This document shows, piece by piece, positions 1 to 9,978 of a stretch of DNA of 64,000 bases (position 1 is its first letter; each line of letters starts with the position of its first letter). The notes beneath the pieces are model-generated. The model made no database searches, was not told the DNA's origin, and saw nothing but the letters and a program-made list of their open reading frames with translations. Source of the DNA: Cloacimonetes bacterium UBA5835 (GTDB lineage: Bacteria; Cloacimonadota; Cloacimonadia; Cloacimonadales; Cloacimonadaceae); contig DJGX01000033.1 of NCBI GenBank assembly GCA_002432865.1, forward strand, positions 4,122-68,121. The letters run 5' to 3'. A program made the translations under genes and the position numbers.

Positions 1-2
1 AT

Positions 3-578
3 TTAGATGATATTCAAACTATTTCCAGTTTAACTATCTTAAGCCATTTAGCCCATAAAGCCGCAGAATATGATACCGAGATTATTGTTCCCTGTAGGTT
101 TTCAATGGTTTTATCTGCCTCTCGAGAAGTAGTAAAAGAAGCATATATAAAAGCTGGGAAACCTGATGCTTACAATCAGGATAGAATTTTTTACTTAACT
201 GATGATCAATTTGGTTATGTGGCAGGAATTGATGGAATTATGGTACGTGAACAACCTGCAGCTAATTTTTTTCTGGGAAGTTTTTATGCTGAATCTTTAA
301 TCTTAGCGGAAACCGGATTTAGTACTGGTGCAATTCAGACTGCTGGAACCGCACAGGCCAGTCAATTACCTTTTTTTGTGGTCTCTTGTGATTACACCTT
401 AATTGGAGAAGAACTTTTTGCTGCATCTGCTTATTTATCAAGAGATCCTCAACAACTGGGTTCACTAAAAGGCCACGATTTTGGAAAACTGTTAGTTATC
501 CTTCTTATAGTGGCTGGAGTTATAGCAGAAATGTCTAATTGGCATTGGTTCAAAGCATTTTTTGAGGGGGCACAATGA
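3..578 (+). CDS. C-terminal part of a conserved uncharacterised membrane-associated protein (tentatively DUF6754-like); 5' end lies outside the window
   Basis: Frame is open from base 3 (LDDIQTISSL...) to TGA at 576-578. Motif GIMVREQPAANFFLGSFYAESLILAETG...QLPFFVVSCDYTLIGEELFAASAYL, then a C-terminal TM helix. DUF label is from memory. Confidence 0.65.
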   Translation, partial: LDDIQTISSLTILSHLAHKAAEYDTEIIVPCRFSMVLSASREVVKEAYIKAGKPDAYNQDRIFYLTDDQFGYVAGIDGIMVREQPAANFFLGSFYAESLILAETGFSTGAIQTAGTAQASQLPFFVVSCDYTLIGEELFAASAYLSRDPQQLGSLKGHDFGKLLVILLIVAGVIAEMSNWHWFKAFFEGAQ

Positions 579-1273
579 AGTATAAAGTCCCTCTTATCTT
601 TGCCTTCGTTTGTGGAATTCTGGTAGTTATTTCAGAATTTATCCCTCACCGTCCTTTCAATATGCTGATCACAACTTTACAAGATTGGTTTATGATTATT
701 TCAGGTTTTGCAATTATCTTGGGACAAATAAGTTTGTTTCAAGCAAACATTAAGAAAATCAGAGGGAAAAACCCAGATTGGCCATTTTATCTTGCTGGGC
801 TCATTAGTTTTTCAATTATGTTAATAGTAGGGCTTTTTTGGGGAACTCAAGAGTATAGAGGAATTCTGGGTCATGGAGATAAAATCCAGGCAGCGATTGG
901 AATGAAACCCTTTGATTACCTATTTGCCAATGCCTTTATGCCTCTTTCCTCAACAATGTTTTCTCTTTTAGCTTTTTTTATTGCTTCTGCTGCCTATCGT
1001 GCTTTTATTATTCGTAGTTTTGAGTCTAATCTATTAATGATTACAGCTGTAATAGTAATGTTAGGAAGAACAAGTTTTGGTGGGATGCTTACTTCTTGGC
1101 TTCCACAAGGGCTCTATTTTTTACATTTACCCAATTTGAGTGATTTCATAATGGAATTTCCCAATTCCGCGGCTCAGAGAGCTATTTTGATAAGTGCCGC
1201 TTTAGGGATTATTGGAAGTAGCTTACGCATTATTCTGGGTATTGAAAGATCTTACCTTGGAGGCGATAAATGA
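575..1273 (+). CDS. Uncharacterised polytopic membrane protein
   Basis: 232 aa, about 6 hydrophobic segments; ATGA overlaps with both neighbouring genes. Confidence 0.8.
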   Translation: MKYKVPLIFAFVCGILVVISEFIPHRPFNMLITTLQDWFMIISGFAIILGQISLFQANIKKIRGKNPDWPFYLAGLISFSIMLIVGLFWGTQEYRGILGHGDKIQAAIGMKPFDYLFANAFMPLSSTMFSLLAFFIASAAYRAFIIRSFESNLLMITAVIVMLGRTSFGGMLTSWLPQGLYFLHLPNLSDFIMEFPNSAAQRAILISAALGIIGSSLRIILGIERSYLGGDK

Positions 1274-2100
1274 GCGCAAACACAAATTCACAAACCGAGC
1301 GCAGAATAATCTACTTAGTTTTGTTAATTGCTGTTGCCCTACCTTTGATTTTTCCTATTGGCTGGAAAACCGAGATCTCCGGTTACACAAAATTAGCATG
1401 GGAACTGATTCAAAATACCCCAGATTCTTCAGTTGTGGTTTTCTCCTTTGATTATGATCCTTCTACCCTAACAGAAATTCAACCAATGGCAGAAGCGATG
1501 CTGGAACATTCATTTTCCCGAAATCAAAAAATTATAGCTATGGCTCTCTGGCCTCAAGGTGTGCAAATGGCAGATCAGGCATTTACAGAAGCGCTGAAAA
1601 AATATCCCGATAAAAAGTATGGAGTGGATTATGTTAATCTGGGCTATAAGGTTGCTGGCATTGTTGCTATCCAAGCAATGGGAAAATCAATGCCAGAAGT
1701 TTTTCCTTCTGATCAACGCGGAATAAAATATGAAGATATCCCAATGCTGAAAAAGGTTAAGACCTTAAGAGATGTTGCCTTTATTTGTTCTCTTTCCAGT
1801 GGAACTCCTGGTATTAAGGAATGGGTTATGGCTGCTCGGGATCCTTTAGGAACTCCTGTTACAGGGGGAACTACAGCTGTCAGTGCCCCTGGCTTATTAC
1901 CTTATGTAAATAGCCAAAAACAACTTTATGGTCTACTGGGTGGGCTTAAAGCTGCCTCAGAATATGAAACTTTGATCAATAAAATTGGCAGTGCTACTAT
2001 TAAAATGGATGCTCAATCTATAGCGCATCTTTTAATTCTGGTGTTTATCATCATCGGTAATATAAAAGCTTTCTATAACAGTAAAAGGAGTGAACAATGA
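1270..2100 (+). CDS. Uncharacterised membrane-anchored protein (N- and C-terminal TM helices flanking an alpha/beta domain)
   Basis: 276 aa; motifs FDYDPST, YGVDYVNLGY, GLLGGLKAASEYE; ATGA overlaps. Confidence 0.8.
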   Translation: MSANTNSQTERRIIYLVLLIAVALPLIFPIGWKTEISGYTKLAWELIQNTPDSSVVVFSFDYDPSTLTEIQPMAEAMLEHSFSRNQKIIAMALWPQGVQMADQAFTEALKKYPDKKYGVDYVNLGYKVAGIVAIQAMGKSMPEVFPSDQRGIKYEDIPMLKKVKTLRDVAFICSLSSGTPGIKEWVMAARDPLGTPVTGGTTAVSAPGLLPYVNSQKQLYGLLGGLKAASEYETLINKIGSATIKMDAQSIAHLLILVFIIIGNIKAFYNSKRSEQ

Positions 2101-2735
2101 GCGGATTTATGGCTACTTTTGGACTCTGGCTTTCAGTTTTTTTCACCTTAAGCATCTTCAGCTTCCTCTATAAAGATAATCCTTTCTATAAACTCTCCGA
2201 ACAAATTTTTGTTGGACTTTCCGCTGCTTACTGGCTAGTCTATTTATATTACAGTGTTATGGTTCCCAATCTGTTTAATAAACTTTTTACCGATTTCAAG
2301 GGAAACCTGATTTTGCTTATTCCTACCGTTTTGGGTTTGATGATGCTACTGCGCTTAATCCCTAAGACACAATGGCTTAGCAGATATCCTATTGCAATAA
2401 TGATTGGTACTTCTGCTGGAATCAATATGGTGCGCTATGCTAAAACTGATCTATTGGGACAAATTAGCGCTACAATGATCAATCCTTTTGCTGCTGATAA
2501 TGTTGTAACAGTAATTGGAAACATACTCCTAATCGTGGGAACTATTTGTGGAGTATATTTCTTTTATTTCAGTAAAAAACAAGAAGGCATAAGAGCAGTT
2601 CCCTCCAAGCTAGGAATTTGGTTTTTAATGATTAGCTTTGGTGCTTCTTTTGGTTATACAGTTATGGCTCGTATCTCTTTATTAATAGGCCGGTTGGAAT
2701 TTTTACTGAAGGATTGGTTGCATATAATTAAATAG
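2097..2735 (+). CDS. Uncharacterised polytopic membrane protein, last gene of the operon
   Basis: 212 aa, about 6 TM segments; ATGA overlap with the previous gene. Confidence 0.8.
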   Translation: MSGFMATFGLWLSVFFTLSIFSFLYKDNPFYKLSEQIFVGLSAAYWLVYLYYSVMVPNLFNKLFTDFKGNLILLIPTVLGLMMLLRLIPKTQWLSRYPIAIMIGTSAGINMVRYAKTDLLGQISATMINPFAADNVVTVIGNILLIVGTICGVYFFYFSKKQEGIRAVPSKLGIWFLMISFGASFGYTVMARISLLIGRLEFLLKDWLHIIK

Positions 2736-2788
2736 TGAGATAGTGAGATGGTGAGGTTGCGAGATAGTGAGATGGTGAGTTGGCAAGA
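2733..2788 (+). repeat. Degenerate 8-bp tandem repeat (TRGTGAGA x7)
   Basis: tagtgaga tagtgaga tggtgagg ttgcgaga tagtgaga tggtgagt tggcaaga, read directly. Confidence 0.85.
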
Positions 2789-2871
2789 TGGAATTTGGAT
2801 ATCGGAATAAATGACATCTTGTCATTTCCTGCCTTGGCTTTATGAACGGATCAAGAAGTTTTTGATATATT

Positions 2872-3633
2872 ATGACAAAAGAAACAGGTGAGTTAATGAA
2901 CGATAATAATTCGGATATGCTCTTCAGCGATGTCTATAATAATGTTTTACCTTTTAGAGACCTGATTCTGCGTATTAGTAAGATCGCTAAAGTTATCCAT
3001 CAACAAGGATGGGCTGAAGCTAATGCCGGAAATATCTCTATCCGTATATCCAATATGCTAATACCCTTTATCCAGAAAAACGGGTGGGAAAATAACTATC
3101 CTTATCAGGACTGGTTTCTTGTTTCCAAAACCGGAAGCCGTTTTCGGGATATGATTGATGAACCGGAGAACTGTTTAATGATAATCGGTGTTGGTAATGA
3201 AGAACATTACTTTCCGGAAGATGCAAAACCTACTTCCGAATGGCTCTGTCACCGTAAAATGCAAGAAATGAACAAACATACTAATTTGTCTTGTATTCTT
3301 CATACCCATCCCACCGAAGTTATTGCTCTTTCTAATACCTCTTTTTTTATAGATAATAAGAAATATCCCAAATGCCTGAATGAACACTTTTATGAGGCAC
3401 TTCCAGAAATACGATTTTTCCTTCCCCAAGGAATTGCTATAGCTGATTATGCTCCTCCCGGAAGTTCTGTTTTAGCTAAAAAAAGCTGTAAGAGTATAAA
3501 CGATAAACAGGCACTTATCTGGGAAAAACATGGTCTCTTGGTTATAGCTGAGAACATAGATATTGCCCTTGACCTTACGGAAGTTATTAATAAAGCGGCT
3601 AAACTATGTCTCTTAAAGCTCTTGAAGTCCTGA
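2872..3633 (+). CDS. Class II aldolase/adducin family protein (rhamnulose-1-phosphate aldolase-like)
   Basis: ANAGNIS, PTSEW, LHTHPTE and WEKHG metal-binding motifs. Confidence 0.8.
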   Translation: MTKETGELMNDNNSDMLFSDVYNNVLPFRDLILRISKIAKVIHQQGWAEANAGNISIRISNMLIPFIQKNGWENNYPYQDWFLVSKTGSRFRDMIDEPENCLMIIGVGNEEHYFPEDAKPTSEWLCHRKMQEMNKHTNLSCILHTHPTEVIALSNTSFFIDNKKYPKCLNEHFYEALPEIRFFLPQGIAIADYAPPGSSVLAKKSCKSINDKQALIWEKHGLLVIAENIDIALDLTEVINKAAKLCLLKLLKS

Positions 3634-3848
3634 AGTCTGTAAGCTAAAATTCATCATCATTTTTATAACTTTAACCTTGTCTATAACCACATTTAGCGAT
3701 AAGGACTTATAACAATGATAAACAACTGGATCATTTGGATAAACCGGTTTTTATATGGGTACTTAAAAAATAAAAGACCTTTTTCAACCGCTATAATCCA
3801 TTAAATCCGTGTTCTAATTTAATCTGTGAGAGATAAACTTCATTGCAC

Positions 3849-3876
3849 TTGACAAGAATACAAGCTATCAGAAAAT
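3849..3876 (+). promoter_or_regulatory. Possible sigma70 promoter of glnS
   Basis: TTGACA at 3849-3854; weak -10 GAAAAT at 16-bp spacing. Confidence 0.35.
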
Positions 3877-3907
3877 GATTATATGTATATAAGGAAAAGG
3901 ATTGAAT

Positions 3908-5617
3908 ATGGATACTAAAGAAAACACAATTGAAAACAAAGAAGAAAAGGCAGTAACTTCCAATTTTATCCGCTCTATAATAGAAAGGGATTTAGAAAGC
4001 GGAAAGCATAAAAGTATTGTAACGCGTTTTCCTCCTGAACCCAATGGTTATTTACATATCGGGCATGCCAAATCCATCTGTTTAAATTTCGGTTTAGCAA
4101 AGGACTATCACGGATGTTGTAACTTGCGTTTTGATGATAGCAATCCGGTGAAAGAAGATGTAGAATATGTAAATTCCATTATGGAAGATGTTCATTGGTT
4201 GGGTTTTGACTGGGGAGAGCATTTATATTATGCATCGAACTATTTTGATAAGCTCTATGAATTTGCGGAATACTTAATTAACGCAGGAAAGGCCTTCGTT
4301 TGTGACCTCTCTTTAGAAGATCTAAAAGAATATAGAGGCACTTTAACTGTTCCGGGGAAAGATAGTCCCTATCGGAATCGCAGTATAGAAGAAAATCTTG
4401 ATTTATTCAGAAGAATGAAGATAGGTGAATTTCCTGAAGGGAGCAGAACTTTAAGAGCAAAAATAGATATGGCTTCCCCAAATTTAAATATGCGCGATCC
4501 GGTTATTTACAGAATTAAAAAGACCCATCATCATAGAACAGGAAATGACTGGCAGATTTATCCTATGTATGATTACACCCATTGCATTTCGGACGCCTTG
4601 GAAGGCATAACCCATTCTATCTGCACTCTGGAATTTGAAGACCATAGGCCTCTATACGATTGGTTTTTAGATCAATTACCTGTGCCCTGTCATCCGCAAC
4701 AAATAGAATTTGCCCGTTTGAATCTTGCTTATACAATTATGAGTAAACGGTTATTACTGGATTTAGTAAATAACCATTTAGTCAGTGGTTGGGATGATCC
4801 CAGAATGCCTACAATTGCAGGAATGCGAAGAAGAGGTTTTACTCCGGAAGCAATTAGAGAATTTTCCGAGCGGATTGGAGTATCCAAAGCTAATTCTATG
4901 GTGGATGACGAGCTGCTGATGTTTTGTGTGCGCGAGGATTTAAATAAAAAAGCTCAAAGAAGAATGGTTGTGGTAAATCCGGTAAAATTAACCATCACAA
5001 ATTATCCAGAAGGTAAAACAGAAACTTTTGAAGCAGAAAATAATCCGGAAGACCCCTCTAACGGAACAAGAATCATTAAATTTTCTCGCAATCTATATAT
5101 AGAGAAAGATGATTTTAGTGAAAATCCAGCTAAAGGTTGGTTTCGTCTTGCCTTGGGCAAAGAAGTTCGCTTAAAATACGCTTATTATATCACTTGCAAC
5201 GAAGTAATAAAAGACAGCCAGGGAAATATTATAGAATTACTTTGCACTTACGATGAAAAATCACGCGGAGGCTGGACAGAAGATGGGCGTAAAGTAAAAG
5301 GAACTTTGCATTGGGTTTGTGCAGAATCTGCTATACCTGTTGAGTTGCGTTTATATGATCGTCTTTTCACTTTAGCCGATATGAGTAATATGGAAGAAGG
5401 TAAGTCCTATAAAGATTACTTGAATCCCAATTCGCTTATAGTTAAACAAAACTGTCTGGCAGAAGAGAACTTGCACAAGGCACAAATAGGAGAACGGTAT
5501 CAGTTTCTTAGAATCGGCTATTTTAATACTGATTATGAAAGCAAACCAGATGCTCTGATTTTTAACCGAATAGTAGAATTAAGGGATAGCTGGGCAAAGC
5601 TCAGTAAGAAAAAATAG
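3908..5617 (+). CDS. glnS: Glutamine--tRNA ligase
   Basis: [19 protein letters not shown] (HIGH), [23 protein letters not shown] at 3908 preferred over TTG at 3902. Confidence 0.96.
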   Translation: MDTKENTIENKEEKAVTSNFIRSIIERDLESGKHKSIVTRFPPEPNGYLHIGHAKSICLNFGLAKDYHGCCNLRFDDSNPVKEDVEYVNSIMEDVHWLGFDWGEHLYYASNYFDKLYEFAEYLINAGKAFVCDLSLEDLKEYRGTLTVPGKDSPYRNRSIEENLDLFRRMKIGEFPEGSRTLRAKIDMASPNLNMRDPVIYRIKKTHHHRTGNDWQIYPMYDYTHCISDALEGITHSICTLEFEDHRPLYDWFLDQLPVPCHPQQIEFARLNLAYTIMSKRLLLDLVNNHLVSGWDDPRMPTIAGMRRRGFTPEAIREFSERIGVSKANSMVDDELLMFCVREDLNKKAQRRMVVVNPVKLTITNYPEGKTETFEAENNPEDPSNGTRIIKFSRNLYIEKDDFSENPAKGWFRLALGKEVRLKYAYYITCNEVIKDSQGNIIELLCTYDEKSRGGWTEDGRKVKGTLHWVCAESAIPVELRLYDRLFTLADMSNMEEGKSYKDYLNPNSLIVKQNCLAEENLHKAQIGERYQFLRIGYFNTDYESKPDALIFNRIVELRDSWAKLSKKK

Positions 5618-5629
5618 AGGGAGGATATT

Positions 5630-5878
5630 ATGGTTTACAAGGTTATTCTTGTAAAAATCGATCAGCGTAGCTCAGAAGCTACCAAGGTTCAGGATATTTT
5701 AACTAAGTATGGATGCAATATTCGTGTTCGATTAGGATTGCATGAGGTATCCAATGAATTCTGTGCTAATGATGGCTTGGTAGTTTTAGAGGTACAAGGT
5801 GATCGAGACATCCTGGATAAGATGATTGAGGAACTGAATGCTCTGGAATATGTGCAAGCTAAGTTAGTAGAAATGTAA
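5630..5878 (+). CDS. Small ACT/NikR-C-like protein (TM1266 / iron-only hydrogenase regulator-like)
   Basis: 82 aa, VQDILTKYGCNIRVRLGLHE pattern; GGAGG RBS. Confidence 0.6.
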   Translation: MVYKVILVKIDQRSSEATKVQDILTKYGCNIRVRLGLHEVSNEFCANDGLVVLEVQGDRDILDKMIEELNALEYVQAKLVEM

Positions 5879-6982
5879 TTATTTCCAGGTGTATTTTCCT
5901 ACCGTCCCCCGCACAGCATAATAAATAAACTGAGCGGGAAAGATCAAAATTTGGACAGGATACAAAAAGCCGAGTTTGCTTCTACTGATTTGTCTTAAAT
6001 GACTTTGTGAAAAAGCAAACTCGGCTATTGTTTTAAGAAAAAGAGAAAGCTGAATTGTTTTGGTGCTCTTTTTGCTCATCACTTGCCACAGAGCAAGATA
6101 AAATAAACAAAAATAGATAAAAACAAAAGCAGAGAGCCCTTTTAGCCACCAAGGATGATATCTGAATTTGGAAGCCCTGCGAATATTAGTTTGATGATGT
6201 TTATTTCTATCAGTGCCATCAATTGAAACAACCTGCATTGCTGAAGAAGGATTATAGGCAGCTTTTCTGATTTTAGGCATCATCTTCATTAGTAGAAGGT
6301 CATCATCCCCTGATCGTAAATGTCCAATACCTTCAAAACCACCGCTTTCATAAAATACTTTCTTTCGGTAAACCATATTACAAGCGCTGCTGGTGAAGGG
6401 AACTTTATAGTATAAACCTGCTGCAGCTAAAGCATAATATACACTTCTCTCAAAATTTTTTAGCCGAAAGATAGTTCCGTCCTTCGTTCTTTTCAAAACA
6501 GAATAGGAAAGCAGATAATCTATATCTTTATCCAAAGAACGGTTGATTTCTTTTAACCAGGAAACAGGAACAAGGCAATCAGCATCAGTAAAAGCAAGAA
6601 TATCATATCGGGATTCATCAATACCTTGTTGTAAGGCAGCTTTTTTGCCAATCAAGGGAGGAGTCTCAGTGTAAAAATCTATAACCTTTAAGTTTGGAAC
6701 TATATTTTGGGTAGCTAAAAACTCCGTACTCCCGTCATTGCTATGATCATTAATCAGGATTATTTCATATTTACCTTCGGGATAATCCAAATGGGTTAGT
6801 GAATTAAGCAGATTGGGCAGATTCGTTCTTTCATTTCTGGCAGGAATAATGATGGAGATTTCTTGAAAAACTTCAGGAACAACCTTTTTTTTATCCTCCA
6901 AGATTATCTTATGGACACCCCGCTTTAGCCAAATTAAAAAGGCTGAATAAAGCAAAGTAAGCAAAGGAAAAACTCTTTTCAT
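5879..6982 (-). CDS. Glycosyltransferase family 2, membrane-associated
   Basis: IIIPARNE, NDHSND, GKKAAL, TDADC (DxD), SGDDDLL; N- and C-terminal TM helices. Confidence 0.9.
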   Translation of the reverse strand: MKRVFPLLTLLYSAFLIWLKRGVHKIILEDKKKVVPEVFQEISIIIPARNERTNLPNLLNSLTHLDYPEGKYEIILINDHSNDGSTEFLATQNIVPNLKVIDFYTETPPLIGKKAALQQGIDESRYDILAFTDADCLVPVSWLKEINRSLDKDIDYLLSYSVLKRTKDGTIFRLKNFERSVYYALAAAGLYYKVPFTSSACNMVYRKKVFYESGGFEGIGHLRSGDDDLLLMKMMPKIRKAAYNPSSAMQVVSIDGTDRNKHHQTNIRRASKFRYHPWWLKGLSAFVFIYFCLFYLALWQVMSKKSTKTIQLSLFLKTIAEFAFSQSHLRQISRSKLGFLYPVQILIFPAQFIYYAVRGTVGKYTWK

Positions 6983-8604
6983 AGAGTTTTAACTAACACA
7001 GAATCAGTAAGCTTAACGAATTTATCTATTTCTGGATTTTCCTGTTTTATATCTTCCAGGGTAGTATGTTGGATATTTACTTTTGTAGGTGGCTCTGTTT
7101 CTTGAAGATGAAGAGATATTTTAACGGGTTTTTCGAATAACTCAGAAATTGAGGATTCCAGAGCTTCCAGATTTGTTTTCAAGCAATTGTAAAATGTATT
7201 CCCTTCCACAGTGAGGCAGAGTTTCTTACCTTCTGCTTTTTTACTGGTTGTACTTTCCAGAGCGATAGCACACATTTGGCTAATCTTCTTTGCGCGAGTT
7301 AAAATGCGTTGCCAGAGCTGTTCTAAATTATCTTGAGTAAATTGCAATTTGACTACAGTAGTTTCCTCTTTGGAAATTGCATCCGGAATTTTTACTGCAC
7401 TTTCTTTTGTAGAATCTTTACTTTGAACAGGTTGCGATTGAGCTGAAGAAATATTGGAGATAGGTTGAGTTTGAGTAATAGACCCGTAATTGAGCTTTTC
7501 TATTATTTTGGCAATATCTTCCATCTCATCCAGTTTGCATAGTTTTATCATTAGAGCTTCTAAAATGAGGTATGGATTGCTACTTGTTTTCAAATCTGTT
7601 TTACAGGCAATAAGATAGGAAAGGATATACATAAGTTTATTTTGACCAAATAACTTTGCCAGCTCATCAAACATTACCTGTTCGTCCTGATTGATATCTT
7701 TAATTTGAACTTGTAATTTCCGCAAAAGGAGGATACGAATAAAATCCTGCATTCCGGAAATAAACTCCTGCAGATCTATTCCCTGTTCAAAAATCTGATG
7801 CAGTTCATTGATCAGTGTTTGAGCATTTTTTTCATAGATAAGAGTAAGAAAATTGTGGTATATTTGATTGGGAATAACACTAAAAATTTGGCGGACTTTA
7901 TCTATAGTAATGTTATTCATACAGTAGGAAATTGCTTGATCCATCAAAGAAAGCGCATCACGCATACCTCCATCTGCTTTGCGAGCAATAAGATATAGTG
8001 ATTCAGTATCAATCGTAATGCCTTCCATTAAACTAATTTCCTGCAACCGCTGAACTATGGAATCAATGGGAATGCGTTTAAAATCATAACGCTGACAACG
8101 AGAGATAATAGTGGGCAAAACCTTTTGCGGCTCCGTTGTAGCAAAAATAAAAATAACATTGTCTGGTGGTTCTTCCAAGGTTTTCAGTAAAGCATTAAAA
8201 GCATTTTTGGAGAGCATATGCACTTCATCAATAATATATATCTTATATTTAGAACCACTGGCAGGATAAAGAAGTTCATGTTGCAATTCTCTGATATCAT
8301 CCACACTGGTATTAGAAGCTCCGTCGATTTCTATTACATCGGGGGAAGTTCCTGCTGTTATTTCTGCACAATTGGAACAGCTATTACAGGGAGTGATAGT
8401 TGGTCCATTTACGCAATTTAAACTTTTGGCAAGAATTCGAGCCAAAGAAGTCTTCCCCACACCTCTAGGTCCGGTAAATAAATAGGCATGGGCTATGCGA
8501 TTTGTAGAAATAGCGCTTTGGAGAATTTCCGTTATATGATCTTGAGCATAGACCTCTTTAAAGCTTTGGGGGCGATATTTTCTGGCTAAAACTATGTAAC
8601 TCAT
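6979..8604 (-). CDS. dnaX: DNA polymerase III subunit gamma/tau
   Basis: LARKYRP, GPRGVGKTS, EIDGASN, DEVHML, SRCQ. Confidence 0.97.
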   Translation of the reverse strand: MSYIVLARKYRPQSFKEVYAQDHITEILQSAISTNRIAHAYLFTGPRGVGKTSLARILAKSLNCVNGPTITPCNSCSNCAEITAGTSPDVIEIDGASNTSVDDIRELQHELLYPASGSKYKIYIIDEVHMLSKNAFNALLKTLEEPPDNVIFIFATTEPQKVLPTIISRCQRYDFKRIPIDSIVQRLQEISLMEGITIDTESLYLIARKADGGMRDALSLMDQAISYCMNNITIDKVRQIFSVIPNQIYHNFLTLIYEKNAQTLINELHQIFEQGIDLQEFISGMQDFIRILLLRKLQVQIKDINQDEQVMFDELAKLFGQNKLMYILSYLIACKTDLKTSSNPYLILEALMIKLCKLDEMEDIAKIIEKLNYGSITQTQPISNISSAQSQPVQSKDSTKESAVKIPDAISKEETTVVKLQFTQDNLEQLWQRILTRAKKISQMCAIALESTTSKKAEGKKLCLTVEGNTFYNCLKTNLEALESSISELFEKPVKISLHLQETEPPTKVNIQHTTLEDIKQENPEIDKFVKLTDSVLVKTL

Positions 8605-8757
8605 CTATCCTCTCATACATTTGTTTTTAATTTTTACAATTAACCATTATTCCCAATGCCCATTTTTAAGCAAGTATTTTCTGCTGGACAGATTACTGGC
8701 TCTCTGTTTTAATTGTTTTGTAAATATAATTACTTAGTCCAATTGGAGGATTTTAAA

Positions 8758-9978
8758 ATGAAACTGGAAGGAAAAGTTGTTATTGCCCAAGGAGGAGGTC
8801 CTACAGCTGTGATTAATCAATCGCTGGTAGGAGTAACTTTGGAAGCACGTAAGTTTACACAGGTTACCCGTGTTTATGGAGCACTTTATGGAGTTCAGGG
8901 CATCGTTAATGAAGAGTTTGTAGATTTAACCCAGGAAACAACTCACAATTTGGAACAGATTGCCAATACACCTTCTTCTGCATTACTCTCTACGCGTGAT
9001 AAACCTGATGAAAAGTACTGTATGGAAATCTTTAAGGTCTTAAAGGCACACGATGTAAGATACTTTTTTTATATTGGAGGCAACGATTCTGCAGATACAG
9101 TTCGTATAGTAAATGAACAAGCAACTAAAGCGGATTATGAATTCAGGGCTATTCATATTCCTAAGACTATCGATAACGATTTAGTTATGAATGATCATAC
9201 TCCCGGTTTTGGCTCTGCGGCAAGATTTGTTGCTTCAGCTTTTACTGGTGCCAATTTAGATAATCGCGCTTTGCCCGGAGTATATATTGGTGTGGTTATG
9301 GGGCGGCATGCTGGTTTTTTAACTGCTTCCTCTGCGATGGCACAAAAATATCCTGATGATGGACCTCATCTTATTTATTTACCCGAACGTCCTTTCCATC
9401 GGGATACATTTCTAAGTGATGTTAAAAGAGTTTATGATCTATACGGCAGATGTGTGATAGCTGTTTCTGAAGGTATTGTAGATGATAAAGGGATTCCTAT
9501 TGTAACCAAGCTTTCTAACAATCAAGAAAAGGATGCTCATGGTAATATTCAACTTTCAGGAACAGGAGCATTAGGAGATTTACTTAGTGATTTGGTTCGC
9601 ACAAAATTGAAAATTAAACGGGTGCGGAGTGATACTTTTGGTTATTTACAACGTTCTTTCATAGGTTGCGTAAGCGATGTTGATCAGCATGAAGCACGCG
9701 AAGTGGGTGAACGTGCAGCTCATTATGCTATCTGGTATAATATGGATGGTTCAATTTCAATTCAGAGAACCGGTTTTTACTCTGTAAATTATCAGCTGGA
9801 AAATCTAAGTGAGATTGCTGGAAAAACAAGAATTATGCCCAATAACTTCATTAATACTGAAGGAAATGGCATTACTGATGATTTTAGGTATTATGTAAGA
9901 CCATTGCTGGGATCAGGATTTCCTGTGGCACATCGCTTAAGAGCTCCTAAAGTAGCTAAACTGCTATTGGAAAGATAG
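8758..9978 (+). CDS. pfp: 6-phosphofructokinase, probably pyrophosphate-dependent
   Basis: GGGPTAVIN, GGNDS, PKTIDND, MGRHAG. GGAGG RBS supports ATG 8758 rather than TTG 8713. Confidence 0.88.
   Translation: MKLEGKVVIAQGGGPTAVINQSLVGVTLEARKFTQVTRVYGALYGVQGIVNEEFVDLTQETTHNLEQIANTPSSALLSTRDKPDEKYCMEIFKVLKAHDVRYFFYIGGNDSADTVRIVNEQATKADYEFRAIHIPKTIDNDLVMNDHTPGFGSAARFVASAFTGANLDNRALPGVYIGVVMGRHAGFLTASSAMAQKYPDDGPHLIYLPERPFHRDTFLSDVKRVYDLYGRCVIAVSEGIVDDKGIPIVTKLSNNQEKDAHGNIQLSGTGALGDLLSDLVRTKLKIKRVRSDTFGYLQRSFIGCVSDVDQHEAREVGERAAHYAIWYNMDGSISIQRTGFYSVNYQLENLSEIAGKTRIMPNNFINTEGNGITDDFRYYVRPLLGSGFPVAHRLRAPKVAKLLLER

Noticed and set aside
7236-7242. AAAAAAG run in dnaX (minus strand) resembling the E. 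coli -1 frameshift site
   Set aside because: Wrong phase: codons read AGT AAA AAA GCA, not A AAA AAG, and no obvious stimulatory hairpin follows.
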